64,000 bases of DNA from Promethearchaeota archaeon (lineage in GTDB: Archaea; Asgardarchaeota; Thorarchaeia; Thorarchaeales; Thorarchaeaceae). This document shows, in pieces, positions 29,862-39,806 of the stretch. The stretch lies in assembly GCA_048939765.1 (NCBI GenBank), contig JBHLPF010000008.1, positions 23,760 to 87,759 on the forward strand, given 5' to 3'. The notes under the pieces were generated by a model. That model was not told the DNA's origin, made no database searches, and saw only the letters and a list, made by a program, of their open reading frames with translations. A program made the position numbers and the translations under genes. Numbering within the stretch: position 1 is the first letter of the stretch; every line of letters starts with the position of its first letter.

Positions 29862-31166
29862 TCACTGGGCGACCACCGTTCGAATAGCATCTAGCGTCCT
29901 CTCAATGTCATCTTTTGTATGCGAGAATGACATCGCTCCAAGCCCATGATATCCGTAGATGCCCTCCTGCATTATGAGGCTCTGGAATTTGTCTAGCGCG
30001 GCGTGATCAAGCTCATTTCCGATATCGGTTCCTGTGCGCGGAGGCTTCTTCATTCTATTGTAGAGTGTATGGATGTAGATGAGAGATCCATGGCCGGTTG
30101 ATATCGCCTTGTATTCGTGCTCATCAAATATCCGGTTGATCTCGTTTCTGAAATCGGTGCATCTCCTGCTCAGGACCGGATACTCATCTTTCTTCTTTTT
30201 GAGCTGGTCAAGTGTCGCACATCCTGCAGTCATTGATAGCGGATGACTTGAGAAGGTGCCTCCACCAACCCATCGACCACCATCTGCCCCAGGAGTCGCA
30301 AGGCCCATAACATCCTCACGTCCGCCATAGACACCCAGATGCATCCCTCCACCGACAATCTTCCCCATTGTTATAAGGTCTGGAATCACACCGAACTCCT
30401 TCTCCCCAGCAGATCCATATGAGAATCTAAAGCCAGTGATAATCTCGTCGAGGATTAGTAGGATTCCCCGACTCTCAGTTTCTTCACGAAGGTATGGCAG
30501 GAAGTCAGCATCAGGAGGAATTGCACCACCCGATCCGAGGACGGGCTCTATTATCACTACGGCAAGATCGGTCCCATACTCTTTCATGAGATGGTCAAAG
30601 CTGTCTCTATCATTGAAGTTGAATGAAACGCCATTGAAGTAGGCATCATCTGTGTATGGTGATTTGAGGTGATATGCCAGAGCGTCGTTGCCTCCATGCC
30701 AGCCACCAAGGGTCTTTGCTACAAGTTTCTTCTTTGTGAAGAGCCGCGCCAATCGAGTAGCATACATTGTTGCTTCTGATCCTGTTGAGCAGAATCGCAT
30801 CTTCTCGAGGAAGGAGACTCCCTCTCTGAGCTTCTCTGCTAGCAGAACCATCTGCTCGTTGAGACCACCAAAATGTATCCCCTGTTCGATTTGCGCCGCA
30901 AGAGCTTCTCGAACAGCCGGATTGTTGTGTCCAAGAATCTGAGCGTAATGTGTCATCCACCAGTCAATGTATTCATTGCCGTCAATGTCCCAGACATGTG
31001 AGCCGTTTCCACGTTTGATATACGGCGGGTAGGCCCCACATCTGTCCAGCCCGAAGGTTCGGATGTTGTGGTTGATTCCACCACAGAATAGATCCACAGC
31101 TCTCTCCCAGAGATTCCTAGAGGATGGAGTTCTCTCCTTGTACTTCTCAATCACCATGAGAGTCAC
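29862..31166 (-). CDS. Class III aminotransferase (glutamate-1-semialdehyde aminomutase-like)
   Basis: WDIDGNEYID, STGSEAT, DEIITGFR, GKIVGGG, GTFS. Confidence 0.88.
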   Translation of the reverse strand: MTLMVIEKYKERTPSSRNLWERAVDLFCGGINHNIRTFGLDRCGAYPPYIKRGNGSHVWDIDGNEYIDWWMTHYAQILGHNNPAVREALAAQIEQGIHFGGLNEQMVLLAEKLREGVSFLEKMRFCSTGSEATMYATRLARLFTKKKLVAKTLGGWHGGNDALAYHLKSPYTDDAYFNGVSFNFNDRDSFDHLMKEYGTDLAVVIIEPVLGSGGAIPPDADFLPYLREETESRGILLILDEIITGFRFSYGSAGEKEFGVIPDLITMGKIVGGGMHLGVYGGREDVMGLATPGADGGRWVGGGTFSSHPLSMTAGCATLDQLKKKKDEYPVLSRRCTDFRNEINRIFDEHEYKAISTGHGSLIYIHTLYNRMKKPPRTGTDIGNELDHAALDKFQSLIMQEGIYGYHGLGAMSFSHTKDDIERTLDAIRTVVAQ

Positions 31167-31229
31167 CTTGCTCAGTTGGATTGTTTCACTACCTACCTTC
31201 GATTTATTCTTTGGGTAAACTAGTTTACT

Positions 31230-32861
31230 CTACATGGGATGCCGAAGAACGACCCCAGGCAACTTGTCTGTCTGTTTCCCATCAGTGATGACCTGCATTC
31301 CATTTACAATGACTTCATGAATGCCCTTGGGAAACTGATGAGAGTCGGTGAATGTTGCTTTATCAATGACAGTCTTTGGATCAAACACGACAACATCCGC
31401 AATCATGCCCGCACGTATTCTTCCTCTGTTGCCAAGGCCCAGTTGCTTTGCAGGGAATCCTGTCATCTTCCAGATTGCATCCTCAAGAGTCAAGAAACCT
31501 TCCTCTCTGACGTATTTTCCTAGAATTCGTGGGTAAGTACCATAGAAGCGTGGATGTGGCTTCCCATATCCGAGAACACCCGTCGGAGATACTCCTTCAC
31601 CGTCGGTTCCCACCATGGTGTGTGGTGCCACCATTATTCGCCGAATGTCTTCCTCCCCCATGCTCTGAATCGTCATCCCAACCTCGCCCTTCTCATCAAG
31701 AAGGAGTTCAATGAGCATTTCAAATGGATTGGGATACTCTCTCTGTTCAGCGATGATTTGAAGACTCTGCCCTTCAATGCCAGCCCACTTCTCTGTCTTG
31801 GTCGATGAGATATAGATGCCCTCCCATCCAGCCTCCTTGATCATATTCTCCCAGCCCTCGATCCCATTTTCAATGTCATTTTCGATTCGTTTCAAAATCT
31901 GAGTGTCCCGTAGGTTTTCAAGAATTGCATCAATCCCTCCTTCATGGATCCAGGGTGGTAATACTGTGATGAGTGTCGTTGCCCCTCTGTTGTATGGATA
32001 TTGGTCACATGATATCATGAGCCCCCTTTCATTGGCTTCTGCAATCATCTTCAGTGTAGTAACACTAGCGCCCCAGAATGGTTTGCCCGCAACCTTGTGA
32101 TGGGCAATCTGTCCTCCGCGACATCCAGATCCTTCTACAATCCTGATTACCTCTTCAACTGCTTGAATTAGAGTTGCTCCTTCACCTCTTATGTGCGAGA
32201 AATAGAGTCCGTTGTATTGAGCTACTATCTTGGCCAGCTCCAGAATCTCTGAGGTTTCAGCATAGATCTGAGGAGGATAGATTAGCCCCGTACTCAATCC
32301 AAATGCTCCGGCCTCCATTGCTTCTTTTACCAGCATCTTCATTGCCACTAGCTCTTCCAGCGTAGGTTTGCGATTCTCATATCCCGGTCCAGCTGCTATT
32401 CGTATGGCTCCGAACCCAACCAGTGGCACGATATTCAACGAGGTCATATTGCTTTGCAAGGATTCTAGGTAATCTTTGAATGTCCTCCATGTGATGTCAA
32501 CTTGTTGGCCCGGAGGCGCGAAGAGATCAATCTCCTTCTTCATCAAATCGATTCTCTCTTCATTCACAGGAGCCAAGGAAATACCGCAATTGCCGATGAC
32601 AGAAGTAGTAACACCTTGTCTAACCATGGATTCAAGTCGATTATCAAAAGGCAACGCCATGTCGTTATGACTATGCATGTCAATGAAACCCGGAGTGCAG
32701 GCAAGGCCCTCGCCTTCAATGAATATCTTTGAGTCGGCCTTGGTTTCTCCAACATCTACGATCTGTCCATCCCGAATACCTATGTCTCCCTCAAAGCCGG
32801 AGCTGCCAGTTCCATCGAATATGGTAGCACGCTTTATCAGAATATCATACTCTTCATTCAT
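31230..32861 (-). CDS. N-acyl-D-amino-acid deacylase (D-aminoacylase) family
   Basis: PGFIDMHSHND, IGNCG, STGLIYPP, DQYPY, HPRFYGTYPR. Confidence 0.9.
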   Translation of the reverse strand: MNEEYDILIKRATIFDGTGSSGFEGDIGIRDGQIVDVGETKADSKIFIEGEGLACTPGFIDMHSHNDMALPFDNRLESMVRQGVTTSVIGNCGISLAPVNEERIDLMKKEIDLFAPPGQQVDITWRTFKDYLESLQSNMTSLNIVPLVGFGAIRIAAGPGYENRKPTLEELVAMKMLVKEAMEAGAFGLSTGLIYPPQIYAETSEILELAKIVAQYNGLYFSHIRGEGATLIQAVEEVIRIVEGSGCRGGQIAHHKVAGKPFWGASVTTLKMIAEANERGLMISCDQYPYNRGATTLITVLPPWIHEGGIDAILENLRDTQILKRIENDIENGIEGWENMIKEAGWEGIYISSTKTEKWAGIEGQSLQIIAEQREYPNPFEMLIELLLDEKGEVGMTIQSMGEEDIRRIMVAPHTMVGTDGEGVSPTGVLGYGKPHPRFYGTYPRILGKYVREEGFLTLEDAIWKMTGFPAKQLGLGNRGRIRAGMIADVVVFDPKTVIDKATFTDSHQFPKGIHEVIVNGMQVITDGKQTDKLPGVVLRHPM

Positions 32862-33023
32862 TTTCGGTCGCTTCTGAGATTGACTCTATTGGGTGTTCCC
32901 ACTCTTTTCACTTCGATAACATAAGCAGTTCGGCTTGTTCTTCGTCACAAAACATCGTGGGTCAATCGCTTAGGCCTATCTTGTCCGGAAGGAATATGAT
33001 GTAGGAGGTGTCTACCTCTTCTG

Positions 33024-34073
33024 GTGATGAGGATGACAGATACACTGACCGTTGGGACAGCGGAAGCAAAGAGAGGAGAATTGGCAAAGGGTGTAATTAG
33101 AGGTATAGAACTCAATACGTCAAATCGGATAGATATCCCAGTTCTAGTCATGAATGGTGTGAAGGATGGTCCAACACTCCTTGTGGTATCTACACAGCAT
33201 GGTATTGAGATACAAGGAGTTGAAGTCATACACAAAGTCATGCGAAAGAAGGTGGATCCGAATCAGCTACGAGGTGCCGTCATAGGAATACCAGTCGAGA
33301 ACCCCTTGGCCTACATGCATCATCAATACCTTTCATGGATTGATAATCAGGACCTCGGAGGAGGCGGAAGTGCTAGCCCGCTTACAGCTGACAAGCCTGA
33401 CGGGACTGCGACTGAGCGTCTTGCTCATGCACTATGGAATGAAGCTTGGAGCAAGGTGGATATGGTGATCAATATTCACTGCAACACTCGTCCTGACTCT
33501 CTCATCTTTCAAGAAATCTTGGTCGGGAATCCTAAAACCAAAGATGCCCTGTGGAAGATGGCTAAGGCATTCGGAGTCACTACGATTGTTGATGAAACGC
33601 CCTTCGCAGAGGATTCACCGCCAACTCTTGCAAATCTAGTTGCTAAGAAAGGAGTTCCTGACCTTCTTATGGAACTCATTGATGGAAGATGGATATCTGA
33701 GCCTTCAACTACGGCAGGTGTGAGGGGTGTCCTCAACATCATGAAGGCGTTCGATATGTTGGATGGTGAAATCGAACCCCAGGAGGGCTTTCCTATCGTC
33801 AAAGGTGTCTGCAAATGGGAGGGCATCTTGCGCGCTAACAGAGGCGGGCTTATCCGGTTTCTGAAGACACCTGGGGAGTTTCTGAAGAAGGGTGAGAAGT
33901 TCGCTGAGATATACGACCTATATGGAGATGTTCTTGAAGAGGTCACTATACCTATTGATGGCTACATATGGGCCTATCCCTGTGGAGACATTCTCGGCAC
34001 ACCGGGATCGATGCAGACAGTGCAGACAGGAGCAAACATCGCATACTACTTCACTAGTTCGGAACAGAAGTAG
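33024..34073 (+). CDS. Succinylglutamate desuccinylase/aspartoacylase (M14) family
   Basis: QHGIE, NP, NIH, ELIDG, C-terminal barrel-sandwich-like domain. Confidence 0.85.
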   Translation: MMRMTDTLTVGTAEAKRGELAKGVIRGIELNTSNRIDIPVLVMNGVKDGPTLLVVSTQHGIEIQGVEVIHKVMRKKVDPNQLRGAVIGIPVENPLAYMHHQYLSWIDNQDLGGGGSASPLTADKPDGTATERLAHALWNEAWSKVDMVINIHCNTRPDSLIFQEILVGNPKTKDALWKMAKAFGVTTIVDETPFAEDSPPTLANLVAKKGVPDLLMELIDGRWISEPSTTAGVRGVLNIMKAFDMLDGEIEPQEGFPIVKGVCKWEGILRANRGGLIRFLKTPGEFLKKGEKFAEIYDLYGDVLEEVTIPIDGYIWAYPCGDILGTPGSMQTVQTGANIAYYFTSSEQK

Positions 34074-34184
34074 GAGTGACCTCAAGAGAATCTCTCACTC
34101 TATTGATGAGTTGTATCTATAAAGTTGCACACCTTGACCGATACTCTTTAAGAAGCCCTTTGTCATGGAGTGTGGATGGTCGAA

Positions 34185-34460
34185 ATGGCGAAGATCAAAG
34201 TGACTGTTGAGCGAATAGATGGACACTGCAACCTGCCTGTTTTGGTGGGCGATCATTTCTTTGTGGAAGGGTCCAGGCTAAGCATCCCCGATGGCAACAA
34301 TGTCTGTATATGGGCATTGCAGAGCATGATGCCTGTCTTTCCAATCATCAATGTCAAAGAGAGCCTACCGGATGACCATTGGGTAAAGAGTGTCAGACAT
34401 TTCACATGTCCAGACCCGAAGGGGAAAGTCATCTTCAGACTTGAATCCCTCGAGGAATAA
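34185..34460 (+). CDS. TIGR04076-like small Cys-containing protein
   Basis: GHC..VGD.F, CIWAL, CPDP...V.F. Confidence 0.75.
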   Translation: MAKIKVTVERIDGHCNLPVLVGDHFFVEGSRLSIPDGNNVCIWALQSMMPVFPIINVKESLPDDHWVKSVRHFTCPDPKGKVIFRLESLEE

Positions 34461-34464
34461 CCGG

Positions 34465-34974
34465 ATGATTCGCGTTGACCTCAACAAATGCACAGGATGC
34501 AGGAGATGTGAAACCGCCTGCTCGTTCTTTCATACTAGCAGAGTCAGCAATCGTCTGGCTAGGATTAAGGTGATGCACCTCTACGAAACTGGCATTGATG
34601 GCCCTGTTGTATGTGTTCAGTGCGAAGAACGGTACTGCATGAACTGTCCAGTTGATGCAATGACTAACGGGAAATTTGGAGAGGTTATCGTTGCTCCAAC
34701 TATCTGCACTTTATGTGGCAGTTGCGTGCGAAAGTGTCCTATTGGAGCGATAGACACGCATGAAGATCTGATATATGTCTGCGACCTCTGCGGAGGAAAT
34801 CCAAGGTGTGTCGATGCTTGCACAGAGGGTGCGATAGTCTTCAAGCCAGGTCCTCACGTATCTTTGTCCGAGTTTGAGGGTGCGGGAGAGAAACTGAACC
34901 CGAGTGAGAGGCGTCAGTTCTACATTGAAAGACTGGGTGACAATATCCGGAAGTCCTGGAGGGGTTCAACCTGA
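34465..34974 (+). CDS. 4Fe-4S dicluster (polyferredoxin) subunit
   Basis: CTGCRRCETAC, CVQC..CMNCP, CTLCGSCVRKCP, CDLC..CVDAC. Confidence 0.9.
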   Translation: MIRVDLNKCTGCRRCETACSFFHTSRVSNRLARIKVMHLYETGIDGPVVCVQCEERYCMNCPVDAMTNGKFGEVIVAPTICTLCGSCVRKCPIGAIDTHEDLIYVCDLCGGNPRCVDACTEGAIVFKPGPHVSLSEFEGAGEKLNPSERRQFYIERLGDNIRKSWRGST

Positions 34975-36764
34975 GGAAATTCGGCTATGGGGGAAAGATA
35001 CTCAGGATTGACCTCGCCACTCAGCGGATCAAGATAGAGAATAGCAAACAGTCTTGGTTCCGAACAGTCATCGGAGGTCGTGCCTCCAATACGAAGAGGC
35101 TATCTGAAGAGCTGAATGTGGAATGTGACCCACTTGGACCTGATAACATCCTAATTTTTGGAGTTGGCCCTCTCACTGGCTCACTACTCCCAGCCTCGGC
35201 TTACTATACTGTGACTGCAAAGTCACCCATGACAGGAATCCTCGGAGACTCAGCTGCTGGAGGACAATTCGCAGCTGAGATGAAGTTGACAGGATTCGAT
35301 CAGATAATAATCACTGGAATGGCAGAGACCCTGACCTATCTACTTGTAAACAATCATGGTGTAGAGTTCGTGAAATGTGAAGACTTGGCAGGCAAGACAA
35401 TTGTAGAAACCACATCTTCCATCAGAAAGACCCATCAAGACCACTCCATCGAGGTAGCCGCTATTGGACCTGCTGGAGAGAACAAGATTCTTTTTGCGAC
35501 CATAGTATCCAGCGGTAATAGGGTCAATGGCAGGACAGGCATGGGCGCTGTCATGGGTTCAAAGAACCTCAAGGCATTGGGAGTCAGAGGCCTTGGCGCC
35601 GTGGAAGTCGCTGATCCTCTTGCTTTCCTCGACGAGGTCCAGAAGATTCGTGATGATATCGCTGTTCACAGTGAGTATGAGAAACGATACAGATTAGGCA
35701 CCACCATGTTGATGAGCGACCTCAACGGAATCGGGATTCTACCTACCAAGCACTTCCAAGAGGGCGTGTGCGATTATGTGGATGATATCTCTGGCGAGCG
35801 TCTAGCTGGTGAGTTCAAAGTAAAGAACAAGGCCTGCTTCAACTGCAACCTTCACTGTTCGAGGTACTATGTTACAGATACACATGAGGCTGAGGGACCC
35901 GAATTCGAAACTCTGTGCAGCTTCAGTTCACGTTTAGGTAATAGCGACTTGCCCTTCGCTCTCGAGATGAACTACTGGCTCAACCAGATGGGACTTGACT
36001 CGATATCAACCTCAGAAGTCATTGGGTGGATCATCGAGTGTCAGGAGAAGGGGCTCATTTCCCCAGAAGACCTGGACGGACTCAGCATAGAATGGGGTGA
36101 CATGGAAGCAATCAGAAATGCAGTAAACTTGTTAGTCCTCAGGAAAGGCGTTGGCGACCGACTCGGCGATGGAGCAACAAGGCTTTCCAAGGACTTCAGC
36201 GAGGAGGCTCAAAGACTCGTCATGCAAGTCAAGGGTCTTGACATCATTTGTGGAGATCCTCGAGGAATCAAAGCGTATGGTCTAACGTACGCAATAGCAT
36301 CTCGCGGGGCAGATCACTTGAGGGCTGAACCCTACTTCGAACTCACTAACAGGTTTGAGGAGTCGAGAAAGCGGTTTGGAACCGAGAAAGCGGCAATGAG
36401 AATGGAGGAGGACGGAAAAGCCGCATTGGTAACCTATTCTGAGAAGATAGCCCTTCTGACAGACTCCATGACTATGTGCAAGAACATAGGTCTCTGTATG
36501 GACGTCCTAAACTTTGAGAATGCTTCTTCATTGTTGAAGTCTGGAACAGGAATCGATTATTCTCCAGAGCAACTGCAAAAGATGATGGGGGACTCGGTGA
36601 ATCTCCAACGAGAGCTAAATGTGAAGTTTGGTGCAAGCAGAGAAGATGATACATTACCGGACCGATTTGTCAACGAACCACTTGTGAGAGGGCCTACTAA
36701 AGGTTCAGTGGTCGATATTGACAAAATGGTGGATGAATACTACAGACTTCACGGTTGGCGATGA
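34971..36764 (+). CDS. Tungsten-type aldehyde:ferredoxin oxidoreductase
   Basis: In-frame N-terminus (L)RKFGYGGKILRIDL from CTG 34971; AKSPMTG, GRTGMGAVMGSKNLKA, CFNC..HC, GPEFET, GLDSIS, RGADH. Confidence 0.92.
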   Translation: MRKFGYGGKILRIDLATQRIKIENSKQSWFRTVIGGRASNTKRLSEELNVECDPLGPDNILIFGVGPLTGSLLPASAYYTVTAKSPMTGILGDSAAGGQFAAEMKLTGFDQIIITGMAETLTYLLVNNHGVEFVKCEDLAGKTIVETTSSIRKTHQDHSIEVAAIGPAGENKILFATIVSSGNRVNGRTGMGAVMGSKNLKALGVRGLGAVEVADPLAFLDEVQKIRDDIAVHSEYEKRYRLGTTMLMSDLNGIGILPTKHFQEGVCDYVDDISGERLAGEFKVKNKACFNCNLHCSRYYVTDTHEAEGPEFETLCSFSSRLGNSDLPFALEMNYWLNQMGLDSISTSEVIGWIIECQEKGLISPEDLDGLSIEWGDMEAIRNAVNLLVLRKGVGDRLGDGATRLSKDFSEEAQRLVMQVKGLDIICGDPRGIKAYGLTYAIASRGADHLRAEPYFELTNRFEESRKRFGTEKAAMRMEEDGKAALVTYSEKIALLTDSMTMCKNIGLCMDVLNFENASSLLKSGTGIDYSPEQLQKMMGDSVNLQRELNVKFGASREDDTLPDRFVNEPLVRGPTKGSVVDIDKMVDEYYRLHGWR

Positions 36765-36878
36765 CTCTTCATTGCGCTTAGTGGACAAAATGGTCTCCTC
36801 TGCTTGGCCTTCTGGGTCCGCAGAATTCACGAAGAGATATATTCTTCGCCGTCAACGCTGCCCCAGTACAGCCAGAAG

Positions 36879-37808
36879 GTGTTGACGCTGGATTCCATCG
36901 ACAAGAGACTCATCCTAGAACTCGATAGCAATTGCAGAGTGACGTTCCAGGAGCTTGCACTCAAGCTAGGGATGACTGCAAATGCCGTGAGGAAGAGAGT
37001 CACGAAACTTGTCGAACAAGGTGTTATAGAAGAATTCGTTGTGATTATGAGGCCTGCAATGACTGGAGTGGAGTTCCTTCTAGCTCTTATTCAGACTGAC
37101 GGTCTAGAGGATGAAGAGATGCTCATTAACAAGATGGGCAAATACCGTGGAGTGGTACAGGCCGGCTTGGTCGCATCTATCACGGGACGCACCTATCTGG
37201 TTTTTGCGGAATACATCAGTGCTGCCGGATTGATGGACCTTCGGAAGTTCCTAGGCGGTCTTGAATCAGTCCAAGACATTGAGATGCATACGCTTCTAGG
37301 GCAGCAGGGCACAAGTATCGATCTGACCAAGCTCCATCTGCGAGTCCTGCGACAGCTGATTGAAGATGCGCGAATGTCAATCACTGATATTGCAAATAAC
37401 ACTGGACTGTCCGCAAGGCGAGTGAGGAGGCTTTTATCAGAGATTACCGAGAGCGGTGCGTTCTGGCTTGCAGCTAGGTGGAATCTTAGTGCGGGAGAAG
37501 ATACTGAGTTTTACCTCAGGATTGAAATAGACGAACAAAAGGCAGATAGAGAAGCTGTGGATGAATACTTACGAACCAACTATCCGGATGAATACTGGCT
37601 ATCATTTCACTCTGCCATTGAGCCCACTGTATTTGCGAAATTTGTTACAGAGCACTTCAGAGAATCAGATGATATTGCAAGAGCATTGAAGAGTGCACCT
37701 TTTGCCAAATCAACTAGCGTGCTTATATGTTACCCAGTGCACAAGTTCGAGAGACTGAGCCAGAAATTACTGAAAGAGAGGTTGATTGAGGAGGGACTGT
37801 GGCCTTAG
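36879..37808 (+). CDS. Lrp/AsnC-family regulator with duplicated HTH
   Basis: DSIDKRLILEL..NCR..ELA and a second LIEDARMSITDIA..GLS; start near 36879-36888. Confidence 0.85.
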   Translation: MLTLDSIDKRLILELDSNCRVTFQELALKLGMTANAVRKRVTKLVEQGVIEEFVVIMRPAMTGVEFLLALIQTDGLEDEEMLINKMGKYRGVVQAGLVASITGRTYLVFAEYISAAGLMDLRKFLGGLESVQDIEMHTLLGQQGTSIDLTKLHLRVLRQLIEDARMSITDIANNTGLSARRVRRLLSEITESGAFWLAARWNLSAGEDTEFYLRIEIDEQKADREAVDEYLRTNYPDEYWLSFHSAIEPTVFAKFVTEHFRESDDIARALKSAPFAKSTSVLICYPVHKFERLSQKLLKERLIEEGLWP

Positions 37809-37863
37809 AATCAGTCCAATTCTACCTTTGATTGGGCTGATGCTACCTCCAACTGAATGGCTT

Positions 37864-38475
37864 CTATTCTTGCGCTGGGCGCAGGTGAACATATGTGTTT
37901 AGCGAGAGTAGACCAACAAAAAGAAGGGAGCCAAATACTGTGAACCACTCAACCAGCGGCCCTCCGAATGCAAATTGAAGCCCCAGTGTCAGGAAGTCAA
38001 TTGCGAAACCGTAGACTCCAACTAGCTTCCAGAAATCTGAATTCAGCACCAGCGCGAGATTAACAATAATCAGCACAAAGAAGTTGAGGAGGAAGAATGT
38101 CGAAGAAGCTATCATGTGGGGACTGCCTTGATCCTCTGAGAAAACGCCTATCATTATGAGTGCCACAGCCGAGGTTAGCCCGATAATCTGACCCACCATA
38201 AGGGGAATCTTCTGATATAGGCGATTAGTGTACCATTGATAGAATCCTATGTAGAATGGAAAAAGAGCAACGCCTGTCAGAATGCATCCAATATTGTAGA
38301 AGTAAGCACCAAATGGACTGTAGTTGAAGTTTCCAAGTCGACTGAGATAATGTGTTGATGGACCATAGCTCTCAGGATAAAGAGCCCACGAAACAAGGGT
38401 GAATGCAATATACAAAGCGATTACGAAAGCGCCGCCAATCGTTAGTAGGGACCACCGAGATGAGAAACGCTTCAT
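37864..38475 (-). CDS. DUF998-like membrane protein
   Basis: YP.Y...YLSRLG, GVFSED..H, EW; 5-6 TM segments. Confidence 0.7.
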   Translation of the reverse strand: MKRFSSRWSLLTIGGAFVIALYIAFTLVSWALYPESYGPSTHYLSRLGNFNYSPFGAYFYNIGCILTGVALFPFYIGFYQWYTNRLYQKIPLMVGQIIGLTSAVALIMIGVFSEDQGSPHMIASSTFFLLNFFVLIIVNLALVLNSDFWKLVGVYGFAIDFLTLGLQFAFGGPLVEWFTVFGSLLFVGLLSLNTYVHLRPAQE

Positions 38476-38652
38476 CAGAAAAGCCTCTAGATTTGCTATG
38501 CTCATCCCCCTGTTAAGACTTCGGCAGGGGAGATGACAATGACCACTAGGGCCATCGCTCTTCAAGCGCGACTACTGTCTTTCCCCATTTTCGTCGAGAA
38601 GGTCGCAGCCTATGCAGTTAGCTATATCAGGAATGACATATGTTGTCCTTGT

Positions 38653-39795
38653 ATGGCTTCATCCAATCTAAGAATACGAGCCCTAGATGTCGGCAGCTTC
38701 CCTCTAGATGCTGATATGGATCGATATGTTAGGGGTGCAAGGATGATTGAGTATGATTCAAAGGCTGAGGCCGAAGATGTATCCTATTTCATTGCCAATC
38801 ACAATGAAGCGTTTCGATTGAAGGCAGAGGCAATGGGACCTGGTGCATCGGTCACTGGCTTTGCCCAATGCAGAGGGATGATTGCCCAGTATCTTGAGCC
38901 ACTTTTCATGGAAGTAACTGGCGAATCGAACTTAGAATCAGAGAAGATTCTCTCCAAGTCCAATGCCCAACTAGTCGCGTCTCAGATTGCAACAGGTCAG
39001 CTTTCTTTGGACACTATACCAAATAGAGTTGCTGAAGTAGTTGCACTTGAGAGAGGGGCAGAGGAGCTCAGTCAGGCACTTGGAGAAGACACTATATCGT
39101 ATAAGGCATCAATCACAGGTCCATTGGAGCTCACTCTGAACTTGCAGAGACTTGCGGGCTTCCCTCGCGGCTATGATGAGAAGCTAATGGATTTCTTCTC
39201 AGACTTGGTAGCGAAATATGTGAAAGGCGCACTTGTCTCGACGCCGCAATTGAATCTTGAAGTCATCACGCTGGATGATCCCTCCTTTGGCTTAGAAGGT
39301 CTTGGAGATTTCTTTACAGATACCCAAAACGATGAATCGCTCAACCATATGATCTCATGCTGGGACAGAATCTATGCAAATGTACCACCGGGTGTCTATA
39401 GAGGACTTCATCTTCACGCTTCTCCATTTGAGCATTCATTTGCCGCTGGGTGGAATCTTCTTGAGGCACATGTTACTGTCTACGTCGATCCTGAGTGGCT
39501 TGAAGACAACGACAAATACATTCGCGCCGCAGTTATGAGAACTGATGGCCCGTCATTCGATGCTGGCATTGATTTGAAGGCCGCGTGGGATGAGATAAAG
39601 AAGGGCAACTTTGATAGATTTCTTCAAGGCCCCAGCGAAATGCAACGTTACTTGAAAACCAATCTGGAGATGTATGGACCTGAGAGGGTGCCCTTTGCAG
39701 GTCCGGAATGTGGTCTAGGTTCATGGGACTGGCAACACGGTGCTGAAATGGCGCTATCTAGTCTCAGGACATTAAGGAACATCCTTAGCGCATAG
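38653..39795 (+). CDS. MetE catalytic-domain / URO-D-fold-like protein
   Basis: DVGSFP, SITGP, LDDPS, GLHLHA, GPECGL resemble the cobalamin-independent methionine synthase core. Confidence 0.6.
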   Translation: MASSNLRIRALDVGSFPLDADMDRYVRGARMIEYDSKAEAEDVSYFIANHNEAFRLKAEAMGPGASVTGFAQCRGMIAQYLEPLFMEVTGESNLESEKILSKSNAQLVASQIATGQLSLDTIPNRVAEVVALERGAEELSQALGEDTISYKASITGPLELTLNLQRLAGFPRGYDEKLMDFFSDLVAKYVKGALVSTPQLNLEVITLDDPSFGLEGLGDFFTDTQNDESLNHMISCWDRIYANVPPGVYRGLHLHASPFEHSFAAGWNLLEAHVTVYVDPEWLEDNDKYIRAAVMRTDGPSFDAGIDLKAAWDEIKKGNFDRFLQGPSEMQRYLKTNLEMYGPERVPFAGPECGLGSWDWQHGAEMALSSLRTLRNILSA

Positions 39796-39806
39796 CTTTA
39801 GCAAAC

